Of a stretch of DNA of 64,000 nt, positions 19,856-29,936 are shown in pieces. Source of the DNA: an uncultured Chthonomonadaceae bacterium. GTDB taxonomy: Bacteria; Armatimonadota; Chthonomonadetes; Chthonomonadales; Chthonomonadaceae. The first letter of the stretch is position 1. The number at the start of each line of letters is the position of its first letter. The translations under genes and the position numbers were made by a program. The notes below the pieces were generated by a model. The model searched no databases. It had not been told where the DNA came from and saw only the letters and a list, made by a program, of their open reading frames with translations. The stretch lies in the NCBI GenBank assembly GCA_963835065.1, contig CAWIEK010000044.1, forward strand, positions 480,001-544,000. Direction: 5' to 3'.

Positions 19856-20395
19856 TCAGTCAAGCGGCGAACCGAACATGGTTCTTACAGCGGTACGGTA
19901 GCCGACGGCATTGGCGCTGTCGGGCATTTCCACCTTGAAGGGCGCGGCCTGACCGGAAGGCAGCGGATCGAAAGCAATCAGCGCGGACTCGACCTGTACG
20001 GTGCGGTTGTGGCTGTCAAGGAGTTCTACCACCGCTTCGACATTGGACAGTTTTTGATGGCTGCGGTTAAAGACGTTTCCGGTCACGGTGACGAAACCCA
20101 AACGACGCTCCACACTGGCATTGGTGAGCAGGACGCGGCCCGTGGCGCTTGGCGTGGACACAAGGCGCAGGCTTGACGCAGACGCCGCGTTCGCTCTGCC
20201 GATCCGAACGCCCAGCGCGGTACAGGCGCTCATGGCAAGGCAAAGGGCGCTCAGAATGGTAATCACGCGCAAAGGCTGCGTACGGCGGCGGGCGCGGCGG
20301 CGCGGCGCAAGGACGGGAGACGGAATCGGCTCCTGAAAATCTGCAGGGTCTTGCCAACGTAATGGAACGCTCATGCTTGTTACCTCATCCTCCAA
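19856..20395 (-). CDS. FxLYD-domain-like exported protein
   Basis: TM helix followed by VTGNVFN...VELLDS...LPSGQAAPF pattern; start uncertain. Confidence 0.65.
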   Translation of the reverse strand: MEDEVTSMSVPLRWQDPADFQEPIPSPVLAPRRRARRRTQPLRVITILSALCLAMSACTALGVRIGRANAASASSLRLVSTPSATGRVLLTNASVERRLGFVTVTGNVFNRSHQKLSNVEAVVELLDSHNRTVQVESALIAFDPLPSGQAAPFKVEMPDSANAVGYRTAVRTMFGSPLD

Positions 20396-20454
20396 GTAGT
20401 CGCGGAAGCGGCGTCAACTGCAACACAGCCTACAAGAACCCCGGTTGCTAAGAT

Positions 20455-20484
20455 AGTGTATCAAATAACACGCATACTTGTCAA
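20455..20484 (-). promoter_or_regulatory. Putative sigma70 promoter
   Basis: Minus strand TTGACA-18 nt-TACACT upstream of 20395. Confidence 0.5.
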
Positions 20485-20957
20485 CCTATTTTTGAACTCT
20501 GCGCCTACTTATTATTCAGCAGACGCGCGAGAATTCTTTAGAGTTCCAGCATATCTAGGAGAGATACTCTATCCCTAGCGCCAAAAGCGGAAAGCGGTCA
20601 TACAATTAGTATGGCATTTTTAAGTTTGTCGAGTCTCGTTTTACGAAATAGAATCGCAAATAGATTCTCAGCCGCCAAATTCCACTCCCACCCCAAAGAG
20701 AATTTATACTAAAGATTGGCGCTCTACCTGTCAATACTTTCAGTGTGCCATGCAGCGCCATCGCGCCGCACTGTAACATCCGCGTATCATACGCGAACAT
20801 CTGTGTACCAGGCAGGTGTGTACCAGGCAGTGTCAGCCGCGCGCCGCGTTTGAACCAACAAACGCCATTTCGTTTTCGCATTCTGCGCCCTTTTCGCATC
20901 CCACGATTTGCAGCAACAGCCCACACGCGCCTTGCGCTGCAAACAAAGGCTTCCACC

Positions 20958-22151
20958 ATGCCGTCCACTCTTGAACATTCTTCCCAACGCTCTGCCCGCG
21001 CCACTTTCCTGCCGTTTTCTCCGCCCTTGATCGGAGATGAAGAAGTCTGCGAAGTGATTGACACGCTGCGCTCGGACTGGATTACAACAGGACCGAAAAC
21101 CCGCGCCTTCGAGTCTCAATTCGCCGCGTATGCGCAGGCTCCGGGCGCGCTCGCCTTGAGTTCCTGTACCGCCGGCCTGCATCTTGCGCTTGCCGCCCTG
21201 GGCATCGGGCCGGGCGACGAGGTGATTACTACCGCCCTTACCTTTTGCGCAACCGTGAATGTCATCGAACATGTCGGCGCGCGTCCCGTTCTCGTAGACG
21301 TGGAACCCGACACGCTCAACATCAACCCGGCTGCCATTGAAGCCGCCATCACGCCGCGTACCAAAGCCATCATTCCCGTCCATTACGCGGGACATCCTGT
21401 TGAACTGGACACCATCCAGGCCATCGCCAACGCCCACAACCTGCATGTCATTGAAGACGCGGCGCACGGCGTATCCGGCAAATACAAAGGCCGTCCTATC
21501 GGTTCGGGCGCGAACTTCGCCGCGTTCAGCTTTTACGCCACCAAAAACCTGACAACGGGCGAGGGCGGGATGCTGACCGGCGACCCGGAATTGATCGCCA
21601 AAGCGCGCGTCCTGTCCCTGCATGGCATGAACAAGGACGCCTGGAAACGCTTCGACAAAGCCGGAAGCTGGTACTACGAAGTGACCGCGCCGGGTTTTAA
21701 GTGCAACATGACCGACATCGAAGCCAGCCTGGGAATGTGGCAACTGCGCAAACTGGCGGGCTTTCAGGAGCGGCGGCGCGAAATCGTTGCCATGTACCAG
21801 AGCGCTTTCGGCAATGAAGAAATGCTGGAATGTCCGGTTGAGCGCGAAGACGTCGAGCATACCTGGCATCTCTACGTTCTGCGCCTGAATCCCGAAAAAT
21901 GGCGCATTGACCGCAATCAGGTGATTGAAGAACTCAAAGCCCGCAACATCGGCACATCGGTACACTACATTCCCATTCACCTGCACCCGTATTACCGCGA
22001 CAAATACGGCTACCGTCCCGAAGATTTTCCCGTCACGTATGCCAACTACGAGCGCATGTTAAGCCTGCCGCTCGCACCGCGCCTGACAAACGAAGACGTT
22101 CAGGACGTGATTGCCGCCGTTCAATCGCTTGTCGGGCAGTACCGACGGTAG
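20958..22151 (+). CDS. DegT/DnrJ/EryC1/StrS aminotransferase
   Basis: SSCTAGLH, IEDAAH, FSFYATKNLTTGEGG, LSLPL. Confidence 0.95.
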   Translation: MPSTLEHSSQRSARATFLPFSPPLIGDEEVCEVIDTLRSDWITTGPKTRAFESQFAAYAQAPGALALSSCTAGLHLALAALGIGPGDEVITTALTFCATVNVIEHVGARPVLVDVEPDTLNINPAAIEAAITPRTKAIIPVHYAGHPVELDTIQAIANAHNLHVIEDAAHGVSGKYKGRPIGSGANFAAFSFYATKNLTTGEGGMLTGDPELIAKARVLSLHGMNKDAWKRFDKAGSWYYEVTAPGFKCNMTDIEASLGMWQLRKLAGFQERRREIVAMYQSAFGNEEMLECPVEREDVEHTWHLYVLRLNPEKWRIDRNQVIEELKARNIGTSVHYIPIHLHPYYRDKYGYRPEDFPVTYANYERMLSLPLAPRLTNEDVQDVIAAVQSLVGQYRR

Positions 22152-22152
22152 G

Positions 22153-22270
22153 AGGCATTAGGCATCAGGCATTAGGCATTAGGCATTAGCTCATGCCTTG
22201 CCCTATGTTCCCAAACAGAGGTTTCCAACGGACGACCTCTAGTGCCTAATGCCTGATGCCTAATGCCTTC
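22153..22270. repeat. Paired inverted heptamer repeats (AGGCATT/AATGCCT)
   Basis: (AGGCATT)n immediately after the TAG stop; (TGCCTAA/TGCCTGA)n before the next RBS. Confidence 0.88.
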
Positions 22271-22289
22271 CTAAGAAGGAGTTTCCATC

Positions 22290-23909
22290 GTGCAAAACCA
22301 ACGTCTTGCCCGCAATCTTGTTTTGGAGCGCAGCGTTCGCATGGGCGCGGACGGTATTCTGGTCAACGCCGCGCTTGGTTTGGCGCTGCTGACGCGCTAC
22401 TTGTGGCAGGTATCCGCAACGCCCGCTTCTGCTGCATCGTCGGCTTCCGGCGGAGTTTCGCTTGGCGCGTACTATGTCGCGGCGTATGCGCAGAACGCCG
22501 GATTGATTACCCTCCTGAGCCTGATGGTCTTTTATGCCAGCGGCTTTTATACGCGGGGGCGCAGTTATCGGGGCCGTTATAAAGCGATTATCGTTGCGCA
22601 GGCGGTTTGTCTGGTATATTTAGGGGTAGCCGCGCTGAATTCGCTGCTGCCGAGCGTTGTCACCCTTTCGCGGAGCGTGGAAGCGCAGGCGTGGGCGTGG
22701 ACGCTATGCTTTGTGGTCGGCGGGCGCGCATGGTCGCATCTGGCGCGTTCCTGGCAGCGCAACGAGGCCGAACCCAACAACGCGCCCGCTTCTCCTGTCG
22801 CCATGCAGGTTCCGTCCAAGTCGCGCGTCCTGGTAATCGGCGGCGCGGGTTACATCGGTTCCGCCCTGATACCGCAATTGTTGAAAGCCGGGTATCGCGT
22901 CCGTATTCTGGATTTGTTTCTGTTCGGAGAGGAACCGCTTGCCGACGTGCTGCATCATCCCGACCTGGAATTAATCAAAGGGGATTTCCGGCAGGTGCAT
23001 AAAGTGGTAGAGTCTATGCAGGACGTAGATTCTGTTGTCCACCTGGGCGCGATTGTGGGCGACCCCGCCTGCGCCCTGGACGAAAACCTGACGCTTGAAA
23101 TCAACCTGATGGCGGCGCGGATGATTGCCGAGATCGCCAAAGGCTGTCAGGTGAAGCGGTTCGTGTTTGCAAGCACGTGTTCCGTGTACGGCGCGAGTGA
23201 CGAGGTGCTGAATGAAAATTCCAGCCTGAACCCCCTGTCGCTGTACGCCCGCAGCAAAATCGCTTCGGAGCGCGTCCTACAGGAAATGGCGGACGCGCAC
23301 TTCAAGCCCGTGATTCTGCGCTTCGGAACCATTTTCGGGTTCAGCGGGCGAACCCGCTTCGATCTCGTTGTCAATCTTCTGGCGGCCAAAGCGGTTGTGG
23401 AAGATCAGATCACGCTGTTCGGCGGCGATCAGTGGCGGCCTTTCGTGCATGTGCAGGACGCGGCCCGCGCCGTGTGCCTTGCGGTGGAAGCGCCTGCCGA
23501 CTGCGTAGAAAACCAGATACTCAACGTGGGCGCGGACGACCAGAACTATACCCTGCTGCAAGTGGGCGAACTGATCCGCAAACTGGTTCCCACCGCGCAA
23601 ATCAGCGACGCGGACGGCGGCAGCGACCATCGGAATTACCGCGTCAGTTTCGCCCGCATCCGCCGGCAACTGAACTTTCAGCCGGAATGGACGCTGGAGC
23701 GCGGCGTGACGCAGGTGATTTCCGCCATCAACAGCGGGCTGGTGCAGGATTACCGGGACGCCCGCTACAGCAACGTAAAATTCCTGCGCGAAGAGTGCCT
23801 CGCCCTGCTCAACGAAGAACGCACCTCGTTCAACGCCTTGCAGCAGGACCGGTTCCTCAACGTGGAGCCGGAACTGGCAACCGTGCGACAGCTTGCGAAA
23901 GCGGCTTGA
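22290..23909 (+). CDS. NAD-dependent epimerase/dehydratase with N-terminal membrane domain
   Basis: GGAGYIGS, STCSVYG, YARSK, WRPFVHV; AAGGAG RBS with GTG start. Confidence 0.9.
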   Translation: MQNQRLARNLVLERSVRMGADGILVNAALGLALLTRYLWQVSATPASAASSASGGVSLGAYYVAAYAQNAGLITLLSLMVFYASGFYTRGRSYRGRYKAIIVAQAVCLVYLGVAALNSLLPSVVTLSRSVEAQAWAWTLCFVVGGRAWSHLARSWQRNEAEPNNAPASPVAMQVPSKSRVLVIGGAGYIGSALIPQLLKAGYRVRILDLFLFGEEPLADVLHHPDLELIKGDFRQVHKVVESMQDVDSVVHLGAIVGDPACALDENLTLEINLMAARMIAEIAKGCQVKRFVFASTCSVYGASDEVLNENSSLNPLSLYARSKIASERVLQEMADAHFKPVILRFGTIFGFSGRTRFDLVVNLLAAKAVVEDQITLFGGDQWRPFVHVQDAARAVCLAVEAPADCVENQILNVGADDQNYTLLQVGELIRKLVPTAQISDADGGSDHRNYRVSFARIRRQLNFQPEWTLERGVTQVISAINSGLVQDYRDARYSNVKFLREECLALLNEERTSFNALQQDRFLNVEPELATVRQLAKAA

Positions 23910-23912
23910 GGA

Positions 23913-24033
23913 AGTTGATAGTTGATAGTTGATAGTAGTCTGCTTGCGAACGCGCGCTCTGCCATGTTCAGCAATCAGAACACTCAACACGAGGTACTAT
24001 CAACTATCAACTATCAACTATCAACTATCAACT
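23913..24033. repeat. Paired inverted heptamer repeats (AGTTGAT/ATCAACT)
   Basis: (AGTTGAT)x3 ... (ATCAACT)x5 ending 2 nt before ATG 24036. Confidence 0.88.
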
Positions 24034-24035
24034 CC

Positions 24036-25232
24036 ATGAAAACACACACCCTCATCATCGGCGGCGGCATTGTCGGATTAGCGACCGCCTATGAACTGTC
24101 GCTTCGCTGCCCGGAGCAGTGCATCACGGTTCTGGAAAAAGAAGCGGGACTGGCGCAGCATCAAACGGGGCGCAATTCCGGCGTCCTCCATTCCGGCATC
24201 TATTATAAGCCCGGTTCATTAAAGGCTCTGGCCTGCCGCGAAGGCAAGGCGCGTATGGAAGCCTTTTGCGAACAGGAAAACGTTCCCTTCGAGCGGTGCG
24301 GCAAGGTGATTGTCGCCACGCGGGAGGACGAACTGCCCCGCTTGCAGGAAATTTATGCGCGAGGGCAGGCCAACGGGGTACAATGTGAAATGATCGGCCC
24401 GGAGCGGCTGCGCGAACTGGAACCCCACTGCGCGGGCATCGCGGCCCTGCATGTCCCGGAAGCGGGCATTGTAGATTACATGGCCGTGTGCCGGCAACTG
24501 GCGCGGCGCATACAGGAGGGCGGCAATCGCATCCTGTTGGGCACAAAGGTGCTGGACATGCGCGCCGGGGAACGGGGCGTGGTTGTGCAAAGCACGGCAG
24601 GCGATTTTGAAACCGAATTGGTTATCAACTGCGCCGGCCTGCACTCCGACCGCGTAGCCGGTATGGACGGCGGCAAGCCCGGCGCCCAAATCGTGCCGTT
24701 TCGGGGCGAGTATTTCGAATTAAAGCCCCATGCTGAACACCTGTGCCGCGCCCTCATCTATCCCGTGCCCGACCCCCGTTTTCCGTTTCTGGGCGTTCAT
24801 TTTACGCGCATGGTTGCGGGCGGCGTGGAGTGCGGCCCCAACGCCGTCCTCGCGTTTGCCCGCGAAGGCTACGCCAAAACGAATGTGAACCTGCGCGATA
24901 CGTGGCAGACTCTGACTTACAGCGGCTTTCTGCATCTGGCGCGGCGGTACGGCAAAATAGGCATGGGCGAGTTCTGGCGCTCGGTCAGCAAGGCCGCGTT
25001 CGTCCGCGCCTTGCAGCGTCTCATCCCCGAAATCGAAGCGCAGCATCTCGTGCCCGCGCCCGCCGGAGTGCGCGCGCAGGCGGTTGCGCCGGATGGCAAG
25101 TTGGTGGACGATTTCGCCATTGTGGAGCGCCCGCATATTCTGGACGTGATTAACGCGCCCTCCCCGGCGGCAACCGCTTCCCTCAGCGTGGCGCGAACCA
25201 TCGTGGAACGAGCCGCTACAATGAATGGCTGA
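24036..25232 (+). CDS. lhgO: L-2-hydroxyglutarate oxidase-like FAD oxidoreductase
   Basis: [40 protein letters not shown]. Confidence 0.9.
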   Translation: MKTHTLIIGGGIVGLATAYELSLRCPEQCITVLEKEAGLAQHQTGRNSGVLHSGIYYKPGSLKALACREGKARMEAFCEQENVPFERCGKVIVATREDELPRLQEIYARGQANGVQCEMIGPERLRELEPHCAGIAALHVPEAGIVDYMAVCRQLARRIQEGGNRILLGTKVLDMRAGERGVVVQSTAGDFETELVINCAGLHSDRVAGMDGGKPGAQIVPFRGEYFELKPHAEHLCRALIYPVPDPRFPFLGVHFTRMVAGGVECGPNAVLAFAREGYAKTNVNLRDTWQTLTYSGFLHLARRYGKIGMGEFWRSVSKAAFVRALQRLIPEIEAQHLVPAPAGVRAQAVAPDGKLVDDFAIVERPHILDVINAPSPAATASLSVARTIVERAATMNG

Positions 25233-25387
25233 CCGCGTAGCAAGGTGGGGAATACGCTCACCACAGAGGCACAGAGACACAGAGGTTTCACAGAGAGTAG
25301 CAGAGAAAAGAAGAAGAGAAGAAGAGAAGACAAAGAAGAGAATAAAAAGAAGGGCAATTGTTGTCTTCTTTGAGGGAGGGAAAGAAC

Positions 25388-25969
25388 ATGGACGCTAAAC
25401 ATTTCATTTGCAGTTATTTGACGGACGCGCAGAAGCTCATTGAAGAGATTGAGCCTGCGGAGGTGGAGCAGGTTGTGGACGTTTTGCTGACGGCGTGGAA
25501 GGACGGCAAGCGGGTGTTGTTGATGGGCAATGGGGGGAGCAGCAGCAGCGTTTCCCACATCGTCAACGACATGCAGAAGAACATCTTCCTCGAAGCCGGC
25601 AAGCCGCTGCGGACAATCTGCCTTTCCGATTGTACCCCGCTGATGATGGCATGGGCCAATGACACGAGTTGGGACAACGTATTTGCCCCACAGGTGCAAT
25701 GCTGGGCGGAACCCGGCGATGTCGTGATCGGCGTCAGTGGCAGCGGCAACAGCATGAATATCATCAACGGCATCCAGGTCGCCAATGAAGCCGGAGCGCA
25801 TACATTCGGGCTGGCAGGCTTTAGCGGCGGCAAACTCAAGGACGCCGCGCAGCACTGTATCGTCGTCCGCTCCGACAACATGCAGCGCATCGAAGACGTT
25901 CACATGATCCTCCTGCACCTCATCTTCTCCACCCTCCAGGAACGCGCCAAACAAGAGACACAGAAGTAA
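25388..25969 (+). CDS. gmhA: SIS-domain sedoheptulose-7-phosphate isomerase-like protein
   Basis: GNGGS, AND, SGSGNS, EDVH. Confidence 0.8.
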   Translation: MDAKHFICSYLTDAQKLIEEIEPAEVEQVVDVLLTAWKDGKRVLLMGNGGSSSSVSHIVNDMQKNIFLEAGKPLRTICLSDCTPLMMAWANDTSWDNVFAPQVQCWAEPGDVVIGVSGSGNSMNIINGIQVANEAGAHTFGLAGFSGGKLKDAAQHCIVVRSDNMQRIEDVHMILLHLIFSTLQERAKQETQK

Positions 25970-26098
25970 ACTACGGAGAACACGGAGGAGACGGAGGCAG
26001 GAGAAATGGGTTCCTTTTCGTTTATTTCGCGTGTTTCGCGGTTCCTAACTCTCCTCTTCTCTTCTTCTCTTCTTCTTTTCTTCACATCGGGGGTAGCT

Positions 26099-26674
26099 GT
26101 GAGCGAGTCAGGGCGGACGGTGTTTGTGGATCGGGATGGGGTACTCAATCGCGAGTTGGGCGAGTACGTCACGCGCCCAGAAGATTTGGCCTTACTACCG
26201 GGTGTCGCTGAAGCGGTGGCGCGGCTGAATCGCGCGGGATGGCCGGTGATTGTATTTACCAATCAAGCGGCTGTGGGACGGGGGCGCTTGACGGCAGAGG
26301 GGTTGGACGCCATCCATGCGAAGCTGCGGGCGGAAATTGCAGCAGAGGGCGGGGAACTGCAAGCGATTTATGTCTGCCCCCATCATCCCGACGCCCGGTG
26401 TGAGTGCCGCAAGCCCCTGCCCGGTATGCTGCTCCAAGCGGCGCGGGAACAGCATTTGGATTTGACGCAGTGTTACGCGATTGGCGACACGCTCCGCGAC
26501 ATTCAAGCCGGAAATGCGGCGGGCTGCCATACCATTCTGGTGTTGACAGGCCATACCCAAACGTTTGACGCTTCCAATTTCCCCCTGCCGCATCCTGATT
26601 ATGTATTTCCTGATCTGGCGGCGGCTGTAGAGAGGATTCTCCAATTTGATGCGTTGGCTTGTGTCGGGTGTTGA
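26099..26674 (+). CDS. gmhB: Heptose-1,7-bisphosphate phosphatase (HAD IIIA)
   Basis: DRDGVLN, TNQ, CPHHPD..CECRKP, IGD. Confidence 0.88.
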   Translation: MSESGRTVFVDRDGVLNRELGEYVTRPEDLALLPGVAEAVARLNRAGWPVIVFTNQAAVGRGRLTAEGLDAIHAKLRAEIAAEGGELQAIYVCPHHPDARCECRKPLPGMLLQAAREQHLDLTQCYAIGDTLRDIQAGNAAGCHTILVLTGHTQTFDASNFPLPHPDYVFPDLAAAVERILQFDALACVGC

Positions 26675-26697
26675 AAACGCTGGTTGTAAAAGCCGGC

Positions 26698-26848
26698 GCC
26701 GGGGATTGAAAAGCCCTGGCAGGAGTTCCGGGTACTGAAAATCCCCGGCAGGAAAATGTAAGCGTCCCTCAGACGCGGGAAAGCTTGATAGAGAGTTGCG
26801 TCCGCAGGATTCTTGTTTTGTGCAGCCAGGGGTTTTCAATCCCTGGCA
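26698..26848. repeat. REP-like palindrome cluster (GCCGGGGATTGAAAA-CCCCGGC type)
   Basis: GCCGGGGATTGAAAAGCCCTGGC ... GCCAGGGGTTTTCAATCCCTGGC; related copy near 36436-36482. Confidence 0.65.
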
Positions 26849-27042
26849 TTTTGATTCGTACCTTGATAATGCAATCCCGGCAGGAATTCGCGCGGACAGT
26901 GGCGAAATGGCGCGCAATCGAAGCAAGTATTTGTCTGAGGAAGCATTTGGATCACGGAGAAACAGGCGCGAACTAATCTTGATGCTCACTTGTTTCTTGA
27001 ACCGGGCGTCCGCTGATTTTGTCTGCAAAGGTGAGCCTCTTC

Positions 27043-28174
27043 ACTCACGTTACGCAGCGAGGTGGTGAGAAGTCGGTTCTGACGGTATACTGTCGTCATG
27101 GACAAACAACTTCTGGACCTCTACTCGGACTATCTGATTTGTTCGTTCGGCTTGACCACCGCCACCGGCCTTTCAACCCTACTTGACGGAGCCATTAGCC
27201 ACGACAAGATTACCCGGTTCTTGTCGGGCAGCGACTTTACTGCTTCGGACCTGTGGCATCTGGTCAAACCGCTCGTGCGGCAGGAGCAATGCGAAGACGC
27301 CGTGCTGGTCTTCGATGACAGCATTGAAGAAAAACTCTATACCGATGAAAGCGCCCTCATTAGCTGGCATTGGGATCATTGCTTTAACCGCAATGTTAAA
27401 GGCATCAACTTCCTGACCTGTTTGGATCGCGCCCCCACCGCCGCCCTACCCGTCGCGTTCGAGTTAATCCAGAAGTCGGCGTGGGAAACCGACAAGAAGA
27501 CGGGCAAGCCCAAGCGGGTGTGCCCCAAGACTAAGAACGAGTATCTGCGCGAGATGGTGGCGCAGTGTCAGAAGAACCTCCTGCCCTTCCGCTAGGTGTT
27601 AGCGGACGCCTGGTTCAGTGCCGCGGAAACGATGGTGTATCTCAAAGGAGAACGTGAAACCGACTTTATCTTTCCCCTCAAGGCCAACCGCAAAGTGGCT
27701 TTGTCGCAAGAAGACAAGTTGGCAGGCCGCTATATGTCCGTATCCTCGCTTCCTCTCGAAGCGAACGCCACCCAAGAAATCTGGCTGGCGGGAGTAGACT
27801 TCCCCTTCTGTTGTGCAAGCAGGTCTTTACAAACAAGGACGGCAGCCAGGGCGTTCTCTATCTGGTGACGAGTGACACGACGTTGCACGGTTGCGACATC
27901 CAAGCAATCTACCAAAAACGGTGGAAAGTGGAAGAGTACCACAAATCGGTCAAGAGCAATGCCAGTTTCGCCAAGTCGCCGACCAAAACCATTCGCATAC
28001 AGAGCAACCATATCTTCGCCTGCTTATGGGCGTATGTGAAATTGGAAAGTCTGCGTTTGCAGACCCGGTTAAACCACTTTGCCATGAAAGGCAGAATTTA
28101 CAAGGCCGCTCTCGCTAGTGCGTACCGGGAACTCCAAGTTCTCAAAGGCCAGACTGCGCCTGCGTAAGGTGAGT
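27043..28174 (+). mobile_element. IS701-like insertion sequence with disrupted DDE transposase (27098-28167)
   Basis: 15-bp terminal inverted repeats ACTCACGTTACGCAG / CTGCGTAAGGTGAGT (1 mismatch); transposase with FDDS, ADAWF, RWKVEEYHK; in-frame TAG at 27593 and frameshift near 27810. Confidence 0.88.
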
Positions 28175-28424
28175 TATTCATGGCTTCAGGAAGGTCAAGG
28201 ATGATAGAGGTTACGAATGGTATGTTGGCCCGGAAGCCTTGACGCTGCTAAAACAGAAGGTTCGTCTCGTCACAACCACATGGGAACCCTTGCGTATGCC
28301 GGATACCCTGTAGAGAATACGTTAGGCTGACACGAAGAGCGACTTGCAGAACGCCAACTGATCATTCAATATTCGCTTACTTTCTGGAACAGCGATTGGA
28401 AAGTTCGTAATCTGGAAGCATGAC

Positions 28425-29024
28425 TTGATGAATACATCAGAATATATTCAATACTGCGGAGCGCAGAATCTGATGCAGTATGACGCTGCGATGGTCAGCA
28501 GCCTGTCAATTTCTGCTGAATCAAAGCAGTTCCTCGTTGAGGTTGGACTGCCTTGTAACGGAAAATACTATTTTCCTCTGGATGCAACCGACCCAACCCT
28601 GCCCTATATTCAATCGGTCTGCTTCAATCCCGAACGTATTCCCTCCGAATACCGCTATTTGCGTTTTTTAGGAACCCGGTGTCTGTGGCCGAATCGCCCG
28701 GTGCATTATGGCATCTGTGAAGAAGAGGGAGGAACAGTGTATGCAATCCATGATGACATGCAAAACGAGATAGAGATTTGTTTCGTGAGTTCCAGTGTTG
28801 AGCAGTATGCGGCCTTCGTAGTTCATTTAGAACGGTGGCAAGATTGGCAAAATGAAGCGTATGCAGCGCGTATAGATGTAGATGCGATGGAGGCTGCGTG
28901 GGGGTTAGTTCGCACATTGCGCGAGATTGATCCGTCGGCTTGCGAACCGGATGCCCCTTCCGGTTTAGAGACAGAATTGGGCGGGCTAATCACGCATATT
29001 GAGTTTACGGGATGTACCGGGTAA
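28425..29024 (+). CDS. SUKH-4-like immunity protein
   Basis: FLVEVGLP near the N-terminus; GTVY, FVSSSVEQY, LREIDPSA; AT-richer than the flanks. Confidence 0.65.
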   Translation: MMNTSEYIQYCGAQNLMQYDAAMVSSLSISAESKQFLVEVGLPCNGKYYFPLDATDPTLPYIQSVCFNPERIPSEYRYLRFLGTRCLWPNRPVHYGICEEEGGTVYAIHDDMQNEIEICFVSSSVEQYAAFVVHLERWQDWQNEAYAARIDVDAMEAAWGLVRTLREIDPSACEPDAPSGLETELGGLITHIEFTGCTG

Positions 29025-29120
29025 GCTACTGGTATGTGAGAAGACGTTGATGCAGTAGAGCAGGTCGCGCTTGACCGCAGCCATTTCTTTACTAATCCCC
29101 AATGTAGAAAGGATAATCTG

Positions 29121-29393
29121 ATGGGACGTTCGCAAATGAGCAGTATGGAGGTTGGACGGTTGGGTAAGGCAATGTATGCGCAAAGCATTCGAGACAAAGT
29201 GGAAACGGAAGAAAACATCGGCAAGATGGTGATTATTGATGTAGAAACAGGTGAGTATGAGATTGACGACCTGGGCTTGGAAGCATCGCGCCATCTCCAT
29301 GCCAAACACCCGGATGCCGCGCTTTATGGTATTCGTATCGGCTACAACGTGGCCGAAACTCTTGGCGGTCTGATGGAGCGTGTCGCCCGATGA
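29121..29393 (+). CDS. Small hypothetical protein coupled to an aspartic protease gene
   Basis: GKMVIIDVETGEYEID...IRIG; ATGA overlap with the next gene. Confidence 0.75.
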   Translation: MGRSQMSSMEVGRLGKAMYAQSIRDKVETEENIGKMVIIDVETGEYEIDDLGLEASRHLHAKHPDAALYGIRIGYNVAETLGGLMERVAR

Positions 29394-29752
29394 ATGGCAG
29401 CGTCTTTAATCGTCAATTGCTTGTTACCATTGTTTTCCGCCGCCCCGGACAGCCCGACATCGGCATTGAGTTCGTTGTGGATACCGGGTTTGTGGGCTTC
29501 CTCACACTGCCTTTGTCCGCTGTATTGGCGTTGGGATTGTCTTACGAGTTTGATATGCCTGCCAACCTTGCAGATGGCAGCGAAGTGGAAGTGCCGGTTT
29601 ACAGCGCCACAATTGTTTGGAATGGCGTTGAGCGCTTCGTTCGCGTATTGGCAATGGGCCAGCGCCCTCTGCTTGGAACCGCGTTGTTGGATGGCAGCGA
29701 AATGCTGTCTCAATTCAAAGATGGCGGCCTGCTTACGATTCATGACCTGTAA
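29390..29752 (+). CDS. Clan AA (retropepsin-like) aspartic protease
   Basis: VVDTGF catalytic motif, LADG flap, PLLG. Confidence 0.85.
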   Translation: MNGSVFNRQLLVTIVFRRPGQPDIGIEFVVDTGFVGFLTLPLSAVLALGLSYEFDMPANLADGSEVEVPVYSATIVWNGVERFVRVLAMGQRPLLGTALLDGSEMLSQFKDGGLLTIHDL

Positions 29753-29936
29753 AGAATGAAAAAGGAAAACACCCTCGCGTTGGTGAATACTCCCGGCAAC
29801 AACCGCACAGCAGCGCCAACAAAGGCTTTTCCACGAGCAACACTCTGGTTCTTTTTCTCTCCGTGTCCTCCGTGTTCTCCGTGGTTCCCCTTGCTTTTGC
29901 GGTTAATTCTTTCCTTGCGAGGTTGCAAATACCACC

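Noticed and set aside
27593..27595. In-frame TAG in the transposase as pyrrolysine or readthrough
   Set aside because: The context (FR-stop-VLAD) fits a mutated Tyr codon, and the gene also has a frameshift; ordinary IS decay.
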